From Myxococcales bacterium (GTDB lineage Bacteria; Myxococcota_A; UBA9042; JABWCM01; BTVJ01), in the NCBI GenBank assembly GCA_045863395.1, contig BTVJ01000007.1:64001-128000 (forward strand): 64,000 nt of DNA, written 5' to 3'. Shown in pieces: positions 27,850 through 37,367 of this stretch (positions within the stretch are counted from its first letter, which is position 1; every line of letters starts with the position of its first letter). The translations under genes and the position numbers were made by a program. Under the pieces are notes generated by a model. The model was not told the origin of the DNA and searched no databases. It was given only the letters and a program-made list of their open reading frames with translations.

Positions 27850-29045
27850 GAGCCGACCACGGGGATGATGGCGACGGGAACTCCATCGACGAGCACGACG
27901 ACATCACCCGAGCCTGGTACCGCCGCAACGAGGACGAGCTGCGTGGGTGCCCTGATGATTGTGAGCGCTTGGAGCGACCGAGCCGAGAGCGACAGCTCCA
28001 TGTTCGGCACGACGTCGGCGACACCACCCGGCAACGCGATGCCGCTGAGGGATACCGCCAGCGCCCATGGTCGACTCTCGTCGTCGTCCCGCGCCGGTCT
28101 CCACCCGTCCTCGTCGTGAACTACCTCGCACCAAGCGAGCCGGAGACTCCCGTCGCGGAGCAGCATGAAGTGCTGTGAGTCGGCCGTCGGGTCGACGAAC
28201 GTGCGTGTCATGGCCGCAAGCACCATCTCGTAGGCGTGCCGCTCGGAGTGAATGGGTGGCTGTCTGATGGGCAGGACGACGACATTGCGGATGGGCTCAC
28301 GGCCCGTGTACTTCCTCGTGTCGACTTCGCACCCTTCGTCGGCGGGCCTGCGCGGCTCCCACGCGATGACCTCCTCCAGTCCGTCCAGGACGCCCAGGAA
28401 GTTATCCTGGGTAAGGGCGAGGGCAGGGTCTGCTTCGGCGAGGTCTGGATCGAACGAAGCCCGACACTCTGCAATCCACATCCATGCCGGGAACCAGACG
28501 CCAGGATCCTCGTTCACCCTCGCGATGGCGTCGGTGAGTGAGTCAGACCACTCCGAGGGTGGGTCCAAGCCCAGCGCCTCGAGCACTGCGGCGACCACGG
28601 TGGCGTCGTCCAGGTCGGAGAGGAGCTCCCTGGCAGCCCGGGACCGTACTCCCTCTTCAGCCACGGGATCGTCCGCGTCATCGGCGTAGGCCTGGGCAGA
28701 CTCCAGCCACGCCGCGACGCTCGGGAGATTGTCCAGCACCAGCTTCGCCAGGACGTGGCCCTCCCTCTGCATGACACTGGCGAGCGCAGTCGTGATCCCG
28801 AACGCTGGTCTCTGATCGCGAAGCGCAGGCCGGATGCGCCGCAGCGCTCCCCAGCAGGACAGAAGATCCCACGCTACCTCCACCGCATCGACCGTATCGC
28901 GCTCGACGGGCGGCAGGGCATCCCATCGCTCCAGAGCCTCCTGCGCTCGCGCCTCATAGAGCTCCGTGGCGTCGGTCCCTGGCAGCGTGACGCCGAAGTG
29001 CGCCGAGAGACCAGAGACGTCGAAGTGCTTGGTGATATCGTTCAT
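27846..29045 (-). CDS. Hypothetical acidic protein (candidate anti-sigma/protease substrate)
   Basis: 399-aa ORF coupled to the Lon-domain gene (GTGA overlap); helical N-part, YEMVLAA linker, beta-rich C-part. Confidence 0.6.
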   Translation of the reverse strand: MNDITKHFDVSGLSAHFGVTLPGTDATELYEARAQEALERWDALPPVERDTVDAVEVAWDLLSCWGALRRIRPALRDQRPAFGITTALASVMQREGHVLAKLVLDNLPSVAAWLESAQAYADDADDPVAEEGVRSRAARELLSDLDDATVVAAVLEALGLDPPSEWSDSLTDAIARVNEDPGVWFPAWMWIAECRASFDPDLAEADPALALTQDNFLGVLDGLEEVIAWEPRRPADEGCEVDTRKYTGREPIRNVVVLPIRQPPIHSERHAYEMVLAAMTRTFVDPTADSQHFMLLRDGSLRLAWCEVVHDEDGWRPARDDDESRPWALAVSLSGIALPGGVADVVPNMELSLSARSLQALTIIRAPTQLVLVAAVPGSGDVVVLVDGVPVAIIPVVGS

Positions 29046-29048
29046 GGC

Positions 29049-29852
29049 TCATTGCCTCTCTGCGCTCTGTGTGCCGCGCGTAGCTTCTCGCAAAGACCGC
29101 CAGTGTTCGAATCGGAGGCGGCTCAGAGGCGGCAGCTTCTCCTTCAGCCGGGCAGCGTGATTCCGCCTCCTGACTTGATCGAACTGCATGGCGCGCAGCG
29201 CCTGTACTGCAGGCTGAAATACGAAGTGGTAGACACGCTGATCGTTGGACCAGGATGCCTCTCGATGGGCCCGTCTGCTTGTCTCGTCCGCGCTCCGCGA
29301 GTCTCGCAATTCTCGGAGCTGTGCCCGTAGAGGCCGTGGACAGTCGCGCCACGGCCGGCTCCGGTCATCGGACCGCCCTCGCTCGATGGCCGAGACAGTG
29401 GTCTGGCCGGCGAGGAAGGCCGTGGTGAGCACGACAGACGACGCCTGACTCTCCACGATGCCGACCAGACCGTCGAGGGAAAGAAATGCTGACGTACTCC
29501 CCGACGTGACAACCCAGCCGAGCCGTAGAGCGTCGTCCAATCCGCGCTGGACGACCATGGCATACGAGTCGTAGACTTCCTGCAGAGTGGCGCCACGGGT
29601 CTCCATTGCCGCCCGCAGGAGATGCTCCCTGCGGCCATGGCTGGGCGCAGACTCGATTTCATCAAGCTCAGGCGCGATGAGGCGCCAGGCCAGCGCCTCC
29701 GGCTCGCTCAGGAGGTGGCGCGCCAGGTGCTCGACCGCCGAGCCCCAGGAAGCGAACAGGCGCACTCTCCTGCCGTCCAGCCACTCGGCCGTGGCCATGC
29801 GGAGCGACTCCAGATGCTCCGGAGGGCGATTCATTTCACCGTCGTTGGGCAT
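29049..29852 (-). CDS. Hypothetical protein (possible BECR-fold RNase-like)
   Basis: 267-aa ORF with GAGG RBS, 3-nt gaps to both neighbours; EHLARH and VVLTTAF motifs. Confidence 0.55.
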   Translation of the reverse strand: MPNDGEMNRPPEHLESLRMATAEWLDGRRVRLFASWGSAVEHLARHLLSEPEALAWRLIAPELDEIESAPSHGRREHLLRAAMETRGATLQEVYDSYAMVVQRGLDDALRLGWVVTSGSTSAFLSLDGLVGIVESQASSVVLTTAFLAGQTTVSAIERGRSDDRSRPWRDCPRPLRAQLRELRDSRSADETSRRAHREASWSNDQRVYHFVFQPAVQALRAMQFDQVRRRNHAARLKEKLPPLSRLRFEHWRSLREATRGTQSAERQ

Positions 29853-29855
29853 GGC

Positions 29856-30701
29856 TCACCTCCCTCGTTTGTGGCGGTTGCGTCCGGGGAAACGCGGAAA
29901 CAGGTCCAACAGGAGCTCCGAGAAGTGGACTTGGGGGTGGCGCGTCGCCCAGTCCGTGGCGCGACGGGTCCACTGGTAGAGCTGGTCCCTCGTGACGACG
30001 ATGAGCCGTGCGTTCGCGGCAGTCGACAGGCGCTCCACCTCCTTCGCCCGCGCATCAGCATCCGGGGGCATGTTCCTGGCGATGGCCAGTGCCGCCCATG
30101 CCTCCCACACCGCGAGCGCGGAGACCTCGACCGCGTCGCCGAGTGGCCAGGCGCCGGAGTCTCGACTCCAAGGCAGCTCCCGGCTCATCGCCTCCAGGAT
30201 CTCGTCCATCGGCACGTTCTGCTGGGCAGCCTCCACGAGGATGCGAAAGCGCGCGACGAGCAGGAGGATCGCTCGGTAGTCGACCAACTTCCCTGCGGGG
30301 CGCTTCGTGCACGCCACGCGGTCGAGCCCGGAGCACCACCTGGCGAAGCGCGGACCAATCGGCAGCGGACCCTCCGTGTCGTCCGGGTCAGGTGGCGGAG
30401 GGGTGGTTGCCTCTTTCTCGAGGCGCCTGTTCTCTGCTCTGGCCCAGTTCAAGAGGGCCTTGCGAAGGTATGCTTTCGGGAACGAGATGTCTGTTCCGGA
30501 GGCATGCTGCCCGAGGGTCCTGTTGAGGAATTGGATGCCGATGTCGTCGGAGTCGCTCCAGTACTTCGCCTTGACATGGGTGTATCGGGCGATGATGGCC
30601 CGGGCTGCGCTCCTCGCGAAGGCTTGGAGCTCCGGCAGCTCCATGTCTCCGATGCGCATCCAGCGGCTTTGGTCGTCGGGTGGGTCGATGTGGTCGCTCA
30701 T
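29856..30701 (-). CDS. Divergent ECF sigma-70-like protein
   Basis: DSDDIGIQFL...SFPKAYLRKALLNWARAENRR (region-2-like) and TRDQLYQWTRRA (region-4-like). Confidence 0.55.
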   Translation of the reverse strand: MSDHIDPPDDQSRWMRIGDMELPELQAFARSAARAIIARYTHVKAKYWSDSDDIGIQFLNRTLGQHASGTDISFPKAYLRKALLNWARAENRRLEKEATTPPPPDPDDTEGPLPIGPRFARWCSGLDRVACTKRPAGKLVDYRAILLLVARFRILVEAAQQNVPMDEILEAMSRELPWSRDSGAWPLGDAVEVSALAVWEAWAALAIARNMPPDADARAKEVERLSTAANARLIVVTRDQLYQWTRRATDWATRHPQVHFSELLLDLFPRFPGRNRHKRGR

Positions 30702-31129
30702 GGAGTCACCCCGTGGCTGGTCGATGCCCTCGACCCTACCAGCATGTTCCACCACCTGTCTACGCGTGCCGGCGCTCTCCGCTGTGATCGCTGTCAGACG
30801 GCGTGTGGGTTCCACGGGGGGCGGGTCATGCAAGCCGTCAGAAGGATCGTGGTCGGTTCGCCCGTCCCTCAAGGGACCTCCCATGGGGTTGGTGCCCTCA
30901 CCGTGCGGTGCCGTCGCCCGCGCGGTCAGGGCCGTCACTGCGCGGGCACACCATGTGGCTCCCGGCCAGCGCAATGGAGGAGAGTCTCGTCTTGCGTGGA
31001 TCTGACGAGAAACCTGTCCGCGGGATGTTCAGGCGTCCTCAAGGGCCTCCGTCCTTTGCGGCGCCACCGTGTCGCAGTGGCTCGAACCATCAGACTTGCC
31101 AGACTCGCGGGCGTGCCACGTCCGGTGTC

Positions 31130-33295
31130 CTACGGCGCTCCGGGTGGCTGCGGCGGGTTCGGTGGCATGGGTCGGTCGAGCTGTGCGGGTGGGTCCGGCG
31201 GCGCGGGCGCGTCGATGGGCACCTCAGCGGGGGGCGCATCGGGGGGCAGGGGCATCGCTGGGGGCTCAGGGGGCGCCAGGTCCGCCGGGGTTGGAGGTGC
31301 CGGGATGGCGAGCCCCGGCTCTGGCAGGTCCGCCAGGGCGCGGCGCAGCTCGTCGGCGCGATCCTGGGCGGTCCAGCGCTCTCTGCGGGAAGCCTCGTCC
31401 TGCTCGATGAGCTCCACCACGGACTTGGCGATGGTGGCCGCGGCATCGGGGATGGGCGCCGGCATGACCTGGGCGCCGCGGGCGACGAAGGCGCCGCCCT
31501 GGACGCTGCCGGACGCAGCGAGGACCCCGACGGTGCTGAAGATGCGGTCACCGAGACGGAGCTGGGCGTCCTCGCGGCGCTTCTCCAGGTCGGCGAGGGT
31601 CTTCTTCGCGGCCTGGTACTGGGCGAGGAGCTTCTTCTGCTCCGGAGACGCGTCGTCGGGGAGCGTCACGTCCGGCTCGGGCCAGGACCCCTGGAAGAGC
31701 AGGAAGAGCAGGCCGGCGAGGCGGTGGTCGTAGAGCATCATCGCGGAGGGCTCGGGGGTGGACAGCGCCTGGCCCACGGGGGTTCCCTCCAGGGAGGTGA
31801 GGAGCCTGGCCGCGCCGGCGGCCAGTCGCTCAAAGGCTCCCGGGTCGCTCGTGATGAGCACGGTGTCGCCGACCACCCCGACGTGCACGTCGTGCCAGTC
31901 GGGCACCTTGACCCGCGCCCGGTCTCCCTCCACGGTGACCAGCTCGGAGATCTCCGACACCTTCCAGACGGAGTTCAGCGCCTCCTTGGCCTTCGCTGGA
32001 TCCTTGACCCCGACCGTGAAGGTCATGCCGAACTTGCGCGAGACGTTCTCCTTCGGGTCGGCGTAGATCGCCGCGAGGTCCGCCGTGAAGGCGAAGCCGA
32101 CCCGGCCGTCGAGCAGCGGCCAGACCGCGCCGGGGACGTCGACGCCGACTCCCTTCAGCTCACCGAAGACCTGGTCCAGGTCCTCGCCGTCGGCGCGGGC
32201 GAAGAGCCGCACGACCTCCATGGCGACCGCCGGGTCCACGGTGCCCGCCGCGGCGAACATGGGCCGGTCCGCGAGGGACCTCAGCACGGCAGGCGCGCCC
32301 TTGGCGCCCTTGAGGCCCCGCGCCAGCAGGGTGCCCTCCTTGAGGCGCCCCCACGCCTTGAGGTTCAGCGCCGGGCCTTCCACCTCCAGGCCCAGGGCGA
32401 GTCCGTCGAACCCCCCGACGAGCTGGCGGAGGAGCTCCAGCTCCGCCTGCTGGCGCTTCGACCAGCGCTCGTTCTCCGCGTCCATCCTGGCCTTGTGCTC
32501 CTTCGCCCAGGCGTCGTCCGAGGGCATCTCCACGGGCTTCTCGCCCCGGTCTGCCAGGTCGGCCTCGACCGCCGCCACGAGGGCCTGGGTGTCCACCCAG
32601 ACGGTCGCGTCGCGCCCGAAGGCGAGACCGGACAGGGCCCCCTTGAAGCGGTCGCTGGCCAGCAGGGAGCCGTCTCGCCTCTGCGTGGCGACCCGTCTGG
32701 CGTGGCGCATGCCCTCCTCGCCGCCCCGGTCGCTGATCACCAGGAAGGCGGAGTCGGGGGCGACCACGAGCACGGCCTCCGGGTCGCGTTCGGCGTAGAC
32801 GAGCGTGACGTCCCCCTCCTTCTGCTCGATGGGCTCGCCGCCGCCGGCGCGGGCCATGAGCCCCTTCACGAAGGTGATCAGCTTCTGGGGCTCCTTGAGG
32901 GTGAAGAAGACCGCGATGGCCTCATCCCTCGCGTGGAGCCACGCGAAGCCGAACGGAGCGTCGGGGTCGACACCGAAGCCGGCCCACGCCGCCGGATCGA
33001 GCAGGTCGTGGCCCGAGAACAATGTGATGGCGGCCGCCGCCTTCGCGTAGGTCAGCCCGAGGGCATCGGTGACCTTCGTGCGGCCGAGCTTCTCTGCCAG
33101 GTCCTTTGGGGAGGCGCCCAGGACAACCGCCAGCGCGTCCGCCGGGATGCGCGCGAGCACCGCCGCGTCGCTTGCGGCGGGCTTGGAAGCGGCGAGGCCC
33201 TGAGCTTGGGCCGGGGGCTGCGGTGTCGGCGTGTCCTTCTTGCAGGACCAAATCCCCAGCGCCAGGACGCAAGCGAGCGCGATTCGTACGAGCAC
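31130..33295 (-). CDS. Large lipoprotein (DUF3352-like) with Pro-rich tail
   Basis: Lipobox IWSC; GGAGG RBS; LARIPADALAV motif; strong GC3 bias. Confidence 0.7.
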   Translation of the reverse strand: MLVRIALACVLALGIWSCKKDTPTPQPPAQAQGLAASKPAASDAAVLARIPADALAVVLGASPKDLAEKLGRTKVTDALGLTYAKAAAAITLFSGHDLLDPAAWAGFGVDPDAPFGFAWLHARDEAIAVFFTLKEPQKLITFVKGLMARAGGGEPIEQKEGDVTLVYAERDPEAVLVVAPDSAFLVISDRGGEEGMRHARRVATQRRDGSLLASDRFKGALSGLAFGRDATVWVDTQALVAAVEADLADRGEKPVEMPSDDAWAKEHKARMDAENERWSKRQQAELELLRQLVGGFDGLALGLEVEGPALNLKAWGRLKEGTLLARGLKGAKGAPAVLRSLADRPMFAAAGTVDPAVAMEVVRLFARADGEDLDQVFGELKGVGVDVPGAVWPLLDGRVGFAFTADLAAIYADPKENVSRKFGMTFTVGVKDPAKAKEALNSVWKVSEISELVTVEGDRARVKVPDWHDVHVGVVGDTVLITSDPGAFERLAAGAARLLTSLEGTPVGQALSTPEPSAMMLYDHRLAGLLFLLFQGSWPEPDVTLPDDASPEQKKLLAQYQAAKKTLADLEKRREDAQLRLGDRIFSTVGVLAASGSVQGGAFVARGAQVMPAPIPDAAATIAKSVVELIEQDEASRRERWTAQDRADELRRALADLPEPGLAIPAPPTPADLAPPEPPAMPLPPDAPPAEVPIDAPAPPDPPAQLDRPMPPNPPQPPGAP

Positions 33296-33398
33296 GGTTC
33301 ACCTCCATATATAGGGGCGGACCCTAGCACCGATGGCGAAGGGCGGCAATGGACTCGGACGGTGGCGCCATTGCGGGGCGCGGTCTATCATGGTCTCC

Positions 33399-33965
33399 AT
33401 GCGCGCAGAGATGAATGCCGACAAGGTTCACGCGGTGCTGAAGGCGCTCGGCAGGGAGGCTCGTGGGCCCGGCAGGGTCTACCTGACAGGGGGGACCACC
33501 GCCGTACTCGAGGGCTGGCGGCAGGCGACCATCGACGCAGACCTCAAGCTGGACCCGGAGCCCGCGGGGATCTTTGCCGCCATCCGCCGGGTCAAGGATG
33601 AGCTCGACGTGAACGTGGAGCTGGCGTCTCCCGACGACTTCATCCCCCCCCTCCCGGGCTGGCGGGATCGCAGCCGCTTCATCGCCCAACATGGGCCGGT
33701 GCAGTTCTTCCACTACGACCTCTATGCCCAGGCGCTGGCCAAGGTCGAGCGAGGGCACGACCGGGATCTGGCGGACGTGCGGGAGATGCTCCAGCGCGGG
33801 CTCGTCGAGGCAGGGGAGCTCCGCCGCCTGTTCGCGGAAATCGAGCCGGACCTGCTCCGCTATCCCGCAGTGGATCCGGACACCTTCCGCCGCACGCTGG
33901 GTGAGCTGCTGGCATCGACCGAAGACGGGAAAGCCGCCGCTCCCGCCGGGGGCCGCGATGAGTGA
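33399..33965 (+). CDS. DUF6036-like nucleotidyltransferase family protein
   Basis: YLTGGTTAVLEGWRQATIDADL (GG...TxDxD NTase signature); KVERGHDRDLAD. Confidence 0.8.
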   Translation: MRAEMNADKVHAVLKALGREARGPGRVYLTGGTTAVLEGWRQATIDADLKLDPEPAGIFAAIRRVKDELDVNVELASPDDFIPPLPGWRDRSRFIAQHGPVQFFHYDLYAQALAKVERGHDRDLADVREMLQRGLVEAGELRRLFAEIEPDLLRYPAVDPDTFRRTLGELLASTEDGKAAAPAGGRDE

Positions 33966-34257
33966 CTGGACCGGCCTTCCGGGCGCGGACCTCGTGACGG
34001 AGGGCCTGCGGGACCTGGAGGCCGGGCGGGAGTCCGTCGTGGCGCTGCTCGTGGCCGTGGCGACGACCAGGCTCCGGGGCCTCGGGGTCCCGGTGCCCGC
34101 GCACGGGTACACCGAGGCCGAGCTGTTGTTGTACCGCGCCCTGTGCCGTGAGGTCGGAGATGCTGCCTATGGGCGCTACAACTCGCTCCTGGGTCGCCTC
34201 ATCAGCTTCGTCCACGCCCTGGACCGTGAGGAGGGGCGGCTCAGGGCGGGGCGCTGA
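33958..34257 (+). CDS. Small partner protein of the nucleotidyltransferase (possible TA pair)
   Basis: 99-aa helical ORF overlapping the NTase end; LPGADLV...RYNSLLGRLISF. Confidence 0.65.
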   Translation: MSDWTGLPGADLVTEGLRDLEAGRESVVALLVAVATTRLRGLGVPVPAHGYTEAELLLYRALCREVGDAAYGRYNSLLGRLISFVHALDREEGRLRAGR

Positions 34258-34414
34258 GCCGGCGGGCAGGGGACCTCGTTTTGTGCGCGCAGATCTCAAT
34301 TTGAGAGCAGCCCGCGTCATCGGCTCGGATGGAAGTGTCTGAAATCGCTGTTGTCCATCCTGTGGCCCGGTTCCTGCTCAACCGTGAACCAGACACGGAC
34401 CCACGGAGGACGCG

Positions 34415-35209
34415 ATGACACGACGAGAGCTGCTGGGGGGATTGGGAGCGACGATGGCAGGGACGATAGGGCTCGATGCGCTGGCCCAAGGGAGTGGGGA
34501 GACCCTGGCGCCCGTGCTGGTGCGACCCGGCGCGGAGCGCGCCCGCTTCGACCACGGGTGGCTGGACACGCGCCACACCTTCTCGTTCGCGGCGTACCGC
34601 GACCCGCGCTGGATGGGGTTCCGGCAGCTCCGGGTGATCAACGATGATCGCGTCGTCCCCGGGGAGGGCTTCGGCACCCACCCGCACCGCGACATGGAGA
34701 TCTTCACGTGGGTGCTCGACGGCGGCCTGGAGCACCGGGACAGCATGGGCAACGGGTCGGTGATCCGGCCGGGCGACGCGCAGCGCATGACCGCCGGTAC
34801 GGGCATCACCCACTCCGAGTTCAACGCGTCGCAGAGCGAGGCCGTCCGGTTCCTGCAGATCTGGATCTACCCGGAGCGCGGAGGGCTGCGGCCGGGCTAT
34901 GACCAGCGGTCGTTCACTCGCGAGGAGCGGTCCGGGCGGCTGCGCCTCGTCGCCTCCCGCGACGGCAGGGACGGGAGCATCACGCTGGCCCAGGCGGCGG
35001 ACATCCACGCGACGCTGCTCGCGCCTGGGCAGGCGGTGGAGCACCGCGTCGAGGGCGGGCGTCATGCCTGGGTCCAGGTGGCGCGGGGGGAGGGGACCAT
35101 CAACGGGCGGGCGTTCGCAGAGGGCGACGGGTTCGCGTTCACGGGCCCGGGGCCCGTCCGTATCGCGGCGTCCGCGGACGTCGAGCTGCTGGTATTCGAT
35201 CTGGCCTGA
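34415..35209 (+). CDS. Pirin family protein (YhhW-like) with twin-arginine signal
   Basis: HTFSF, LRVINDD, GFGTHPHRDMEI, HRDSMGN, MTAGTGITHSE, LQIWI; N-terminus TRRELL. Confidence 0.92.
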   Translation: MTRRELLGGLGATMAGTIGLDALAQGSGETLAPVLVRPGAERARFDHGWLDTRHTFSFAAYRDPRWMGFRQLRVINDDRVVPGEGFGTHPHRDMEIFTWVLDGGLEHRDSMGNGSVIRPGDAQRMTAGTGITHSEFNASQSEAVRFLQIWIYPERGGLRPGYDQRSFTREERSGRLRLVASRDGRDGSITLAQAADIHATLLAPGQAVEHRVEGGRHAWVQVARGEGTINGRAFAEGDGFAFTGPGPVRIAASADVELLVFDLA

Positions 35210-35228
35210 ACCAAACAGGAGGCTGACC

Positions 35229-35777
35229 ATGAAGCTGTTCGCGCTCGCCGCCTCGCTCCGCGAGGGTTCACACAACGCCCGCCTGCTCGAGCTGGCGGTC
35301 GCCCACGCCAAGGGGGCTGGCGCCACCGTGGAGATCGTTCCCTATTCGCGTCTGATCACGCCCGCCTATGACGAGGGTGCGCGGGCGGGTGGGTATCCCG
35401 AGGGGGCCGAGGAGCTCAAGCGGCTCCTGGAGGGCTCTGACGGCTTCCTCCTCGCGTCGCCCGAGTACAACTACTCGTTCCCGGGCTCCCTGAAGAACAC
35501 CATCGACTGGGTGTCGCGGTACAGGCCCGTCCCCTTCACGGGGCGTCACGCCCTGCTGCTGTCCGCATCGACGTCTCTGGTCGGCGGCAACCGGGGCCTG
35601 TGGCAGCTCCGAGTGCCCCTGGAGGCCCTCAGCACCCACGTCTACCCCGATATGTTCTCGCTGGCGAAGGCCCAGGAGGCCTTCGACGGTGGGGTGCTGC
35701 GTGACGAGGCCCTCGGGCGGCGCCTGGAGGGGCTGGTCCGGGGGTTCGTGGGGCTGGTCGGGCGGGTCCGGGGGTAG
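35229..35777 (+). CDS. NADPH-dependent FMN reductase
   Basis: ASLREGSHN, SPEYNYSFPGSLKNTIDWVSR, GGNRG. Confidence 0.92.
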   Translation: MKLFALAASLREGSHNARLLELAVAHAKGAGATVEIVPYSRLITPAYDEGARAGGYPEGAEELKRLLEGSDGFLLASPEYNYSFPGSLKNTIDWVSRYRPVPFTGRHALLLSASTSLVGGNRGLWQLRVPLEALSTHVYPDMFSLAKAQEAFDGGVLRDEALGRRLEGLVRGFVGLVGRVRG

Positions 35778-35786
35778 GTTCCCGGG

Positions 35787-36245
35787 CTACAGCGGGCGAT
35801 GCAGGCCGTCGAGGACGCGGCGGGCCCTGTGCGGGGGCAGGTTCGTCACGATGATCGCCGGGCGGCCCTCCACGGAGCGCGAGAGCGTGCGCCAGCCCGT
35901 CGGGCACCCGCGGCCATCGAGGCAGCCTGCCGGGTGCAGATCTGGGGGGATCGCGCCCGCGCCAATCCACAGGGCGGGCTCTCCCGCGGCGTCGATGCGC
36001 ACCCACCACCCCTCCTCCGGCGGCAGACTCCAGGCGATGCGGCGGGGCGGCCAACTCAAAGGCTCAGGCAGATACGACGGGACGAGGGGGAGCCCTGCCT
36101 CGGGGGGGACCTCACCGATCGTCGAGGCGGACTGCCACCCCACCGGGGGCCGGGAGCCGAGCACCAGTCGGTCCGCCGCCGCCAGGGCCGCCACCAGGCC
36201 CACCGTCCACAGGACCGCCCGCGCCGTGCGTATGGCCGGCCTCAT
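35787..36245 (-). CDS. Hypothetical membrane-anchored protein
   Basis: ATGA overlap with the M56 gene; N-terminal TM; PSYLPEPLSWPP. Confidence 0.65.
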   Translation of the reverse strand: MRPAIRTARAVLWTVGLVAALAAADRLVLGSRPPVGWQSASTIGEVPPEAGLPLVPSYLPEPLSWPPRRIAWSLPPEEGWWVRIDAAGEPALWIGAGAIPPDLHPAGCLDGRGCPTGWRTLSRSVEGRPAIIVTNLPPHRARRVLDGLHRPL

Positions 36246-37195
36246 CCGATGCTCCAGAGCAGGGCGAAGAGCACCACCACGGTGGTGACGCGCAGGCCGA
36301 CGGCCGGGTGGTGGTGCAGCGGGGCGTCGAGGAGCTGGCGCACGCGGGCCCGGGTGGACTGGAGCTCTGCGTGGCGCAGGACCTCGGCGCGGGCGCGGGC
36401 GAGCAGGCCGGGGCCGTCGGTGTCCGGGTGCGCGTGCGCCTTGATCAGCGCGGAGGCCAGCGCCGCGGGCCTCCCCGTGACCCGGGCGGCCACCTCGTCG
36501 CAGGCGCCCTCCTCGGCCTCGACGAGGGCCCGGAACAGCACGAGGGCGCCGGGGTTCGGCGCCTGGAGCGCGCGCAGCGCCCAGACGAAGAGGATCCCGA
36601 GGTTCCCGCCGCGGACCCAGTGGGCCAGCTCGTGGGCGACGGTCGCCTCGCGCTCCTTGTCGTCGAGGGTCCCGAGGAGGCCGCGCGACGCAACGACCAC
36701 GGGCGCGGTGATCCCCGTGAGCCCGGCGACGGCGTCGTCGGTCTCCAGGCGCCGCGCGTGGGGAGGCCGGCCGCGCGAGGGGACGAGGCCGCTCTGGCGC
36801 AGGCGGGAGAGGACGTCCTCGGTGACCTGGCTCAGCTCCGGGTCCTGCACCGCGTCGTGGCGCATGCGCCCGCGGCGGTGACGCCAGGCCGGGGCCGCCT
36901 CCTGGACCAGGAACAGGGCCGCCGTGCCGGCGAGGAGCGCCCCCAGGAGCCAGGGCGCGACGGGGTTCGCCGCCAGTGCCTCGGTCCACAGGTCGACCCG
37001 CAGCGTGGTCAGGGCGTCCGGCGGAGGCGGGAGGCCCAGCACGCGCAGCGTGGCGACCAGCGGCGGGAGCCCGAGGCACAGGCGCAGCACGTCGGCCCAC
37101 AGCGTCGGGGACAGGGGGCCGGCAAAGCGGCGCACGCCCACCGCCCAGGAGAGGGCCACGAAGCCGTGCAGGAGGTTCGCGACGAGCAGCGCCAT
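36242..37195 (-). CDS. M56/M48 family membrane zinc metallopeptidase (BlaR1-like)
   Basis: VAHELAH, EEGACD, LASALIK; N-terminal TM helices. Confidence 0.85.
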   Translation of the reverse strand: MALLVANLLHGFVALSWAVGVRRFAGPLSPTLWADVLRLCLGLPPLVATLRVLGLPPPPDALTTLRVDLWTEALAANPVAPWLLGALLAGTAALFLVQEAAPAWRHRRGRMRHDAVQDPELSQVTEDVLSRLRQSGLVPSRGRPPHARRLETDDAVAGLTGITAPVVVASRGLLGTLDDKEREATVAHELAHWVRGGNLGILFVWALRALQAPNPGALVLFRALVEAEEGACDEVAARVTGRPAALASALIKAHAHPDTDGPGLLARARAEVLRHAELQSTRARVRQLLDAPLHHHPAVGLRVTTVVVLFALLWSIG

Positions 37196-37367
37196 CACCT
37201 GTGAGGGTGTAGAGCGTCGGCGGGGCCGTGTCTAGGCACTTTTACCAACCCGCGCTGGGGCATCGTCCCGATTTCGGGCCCCCCTCGGGCGGACGATACT
37301 GTGCGTGGAAGGGGGAGATGAGCGGATGAGACGACACATGCTGAAGCGGAAGCGAACGGAGGTCACC

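Noticed and set aside
30916..31012. Hairpins GCCCGCGC/GCGCGGGC and TCTCGTC/GACGAGA
   Set aside because: Short inverted repeats with no U-tract or second copy; cannot be distinguished from chance
22485..31129. Integrative element or prophage
   Set aside because: No integrase, transposase, phage gene or flanking direct repeat found by eye
19198..33601. Long ORFs 19198..21627(-), 29622..31733(+), 30803..33601(+)
   Set aside because: Antisense to well-supported genes; no domain signatures
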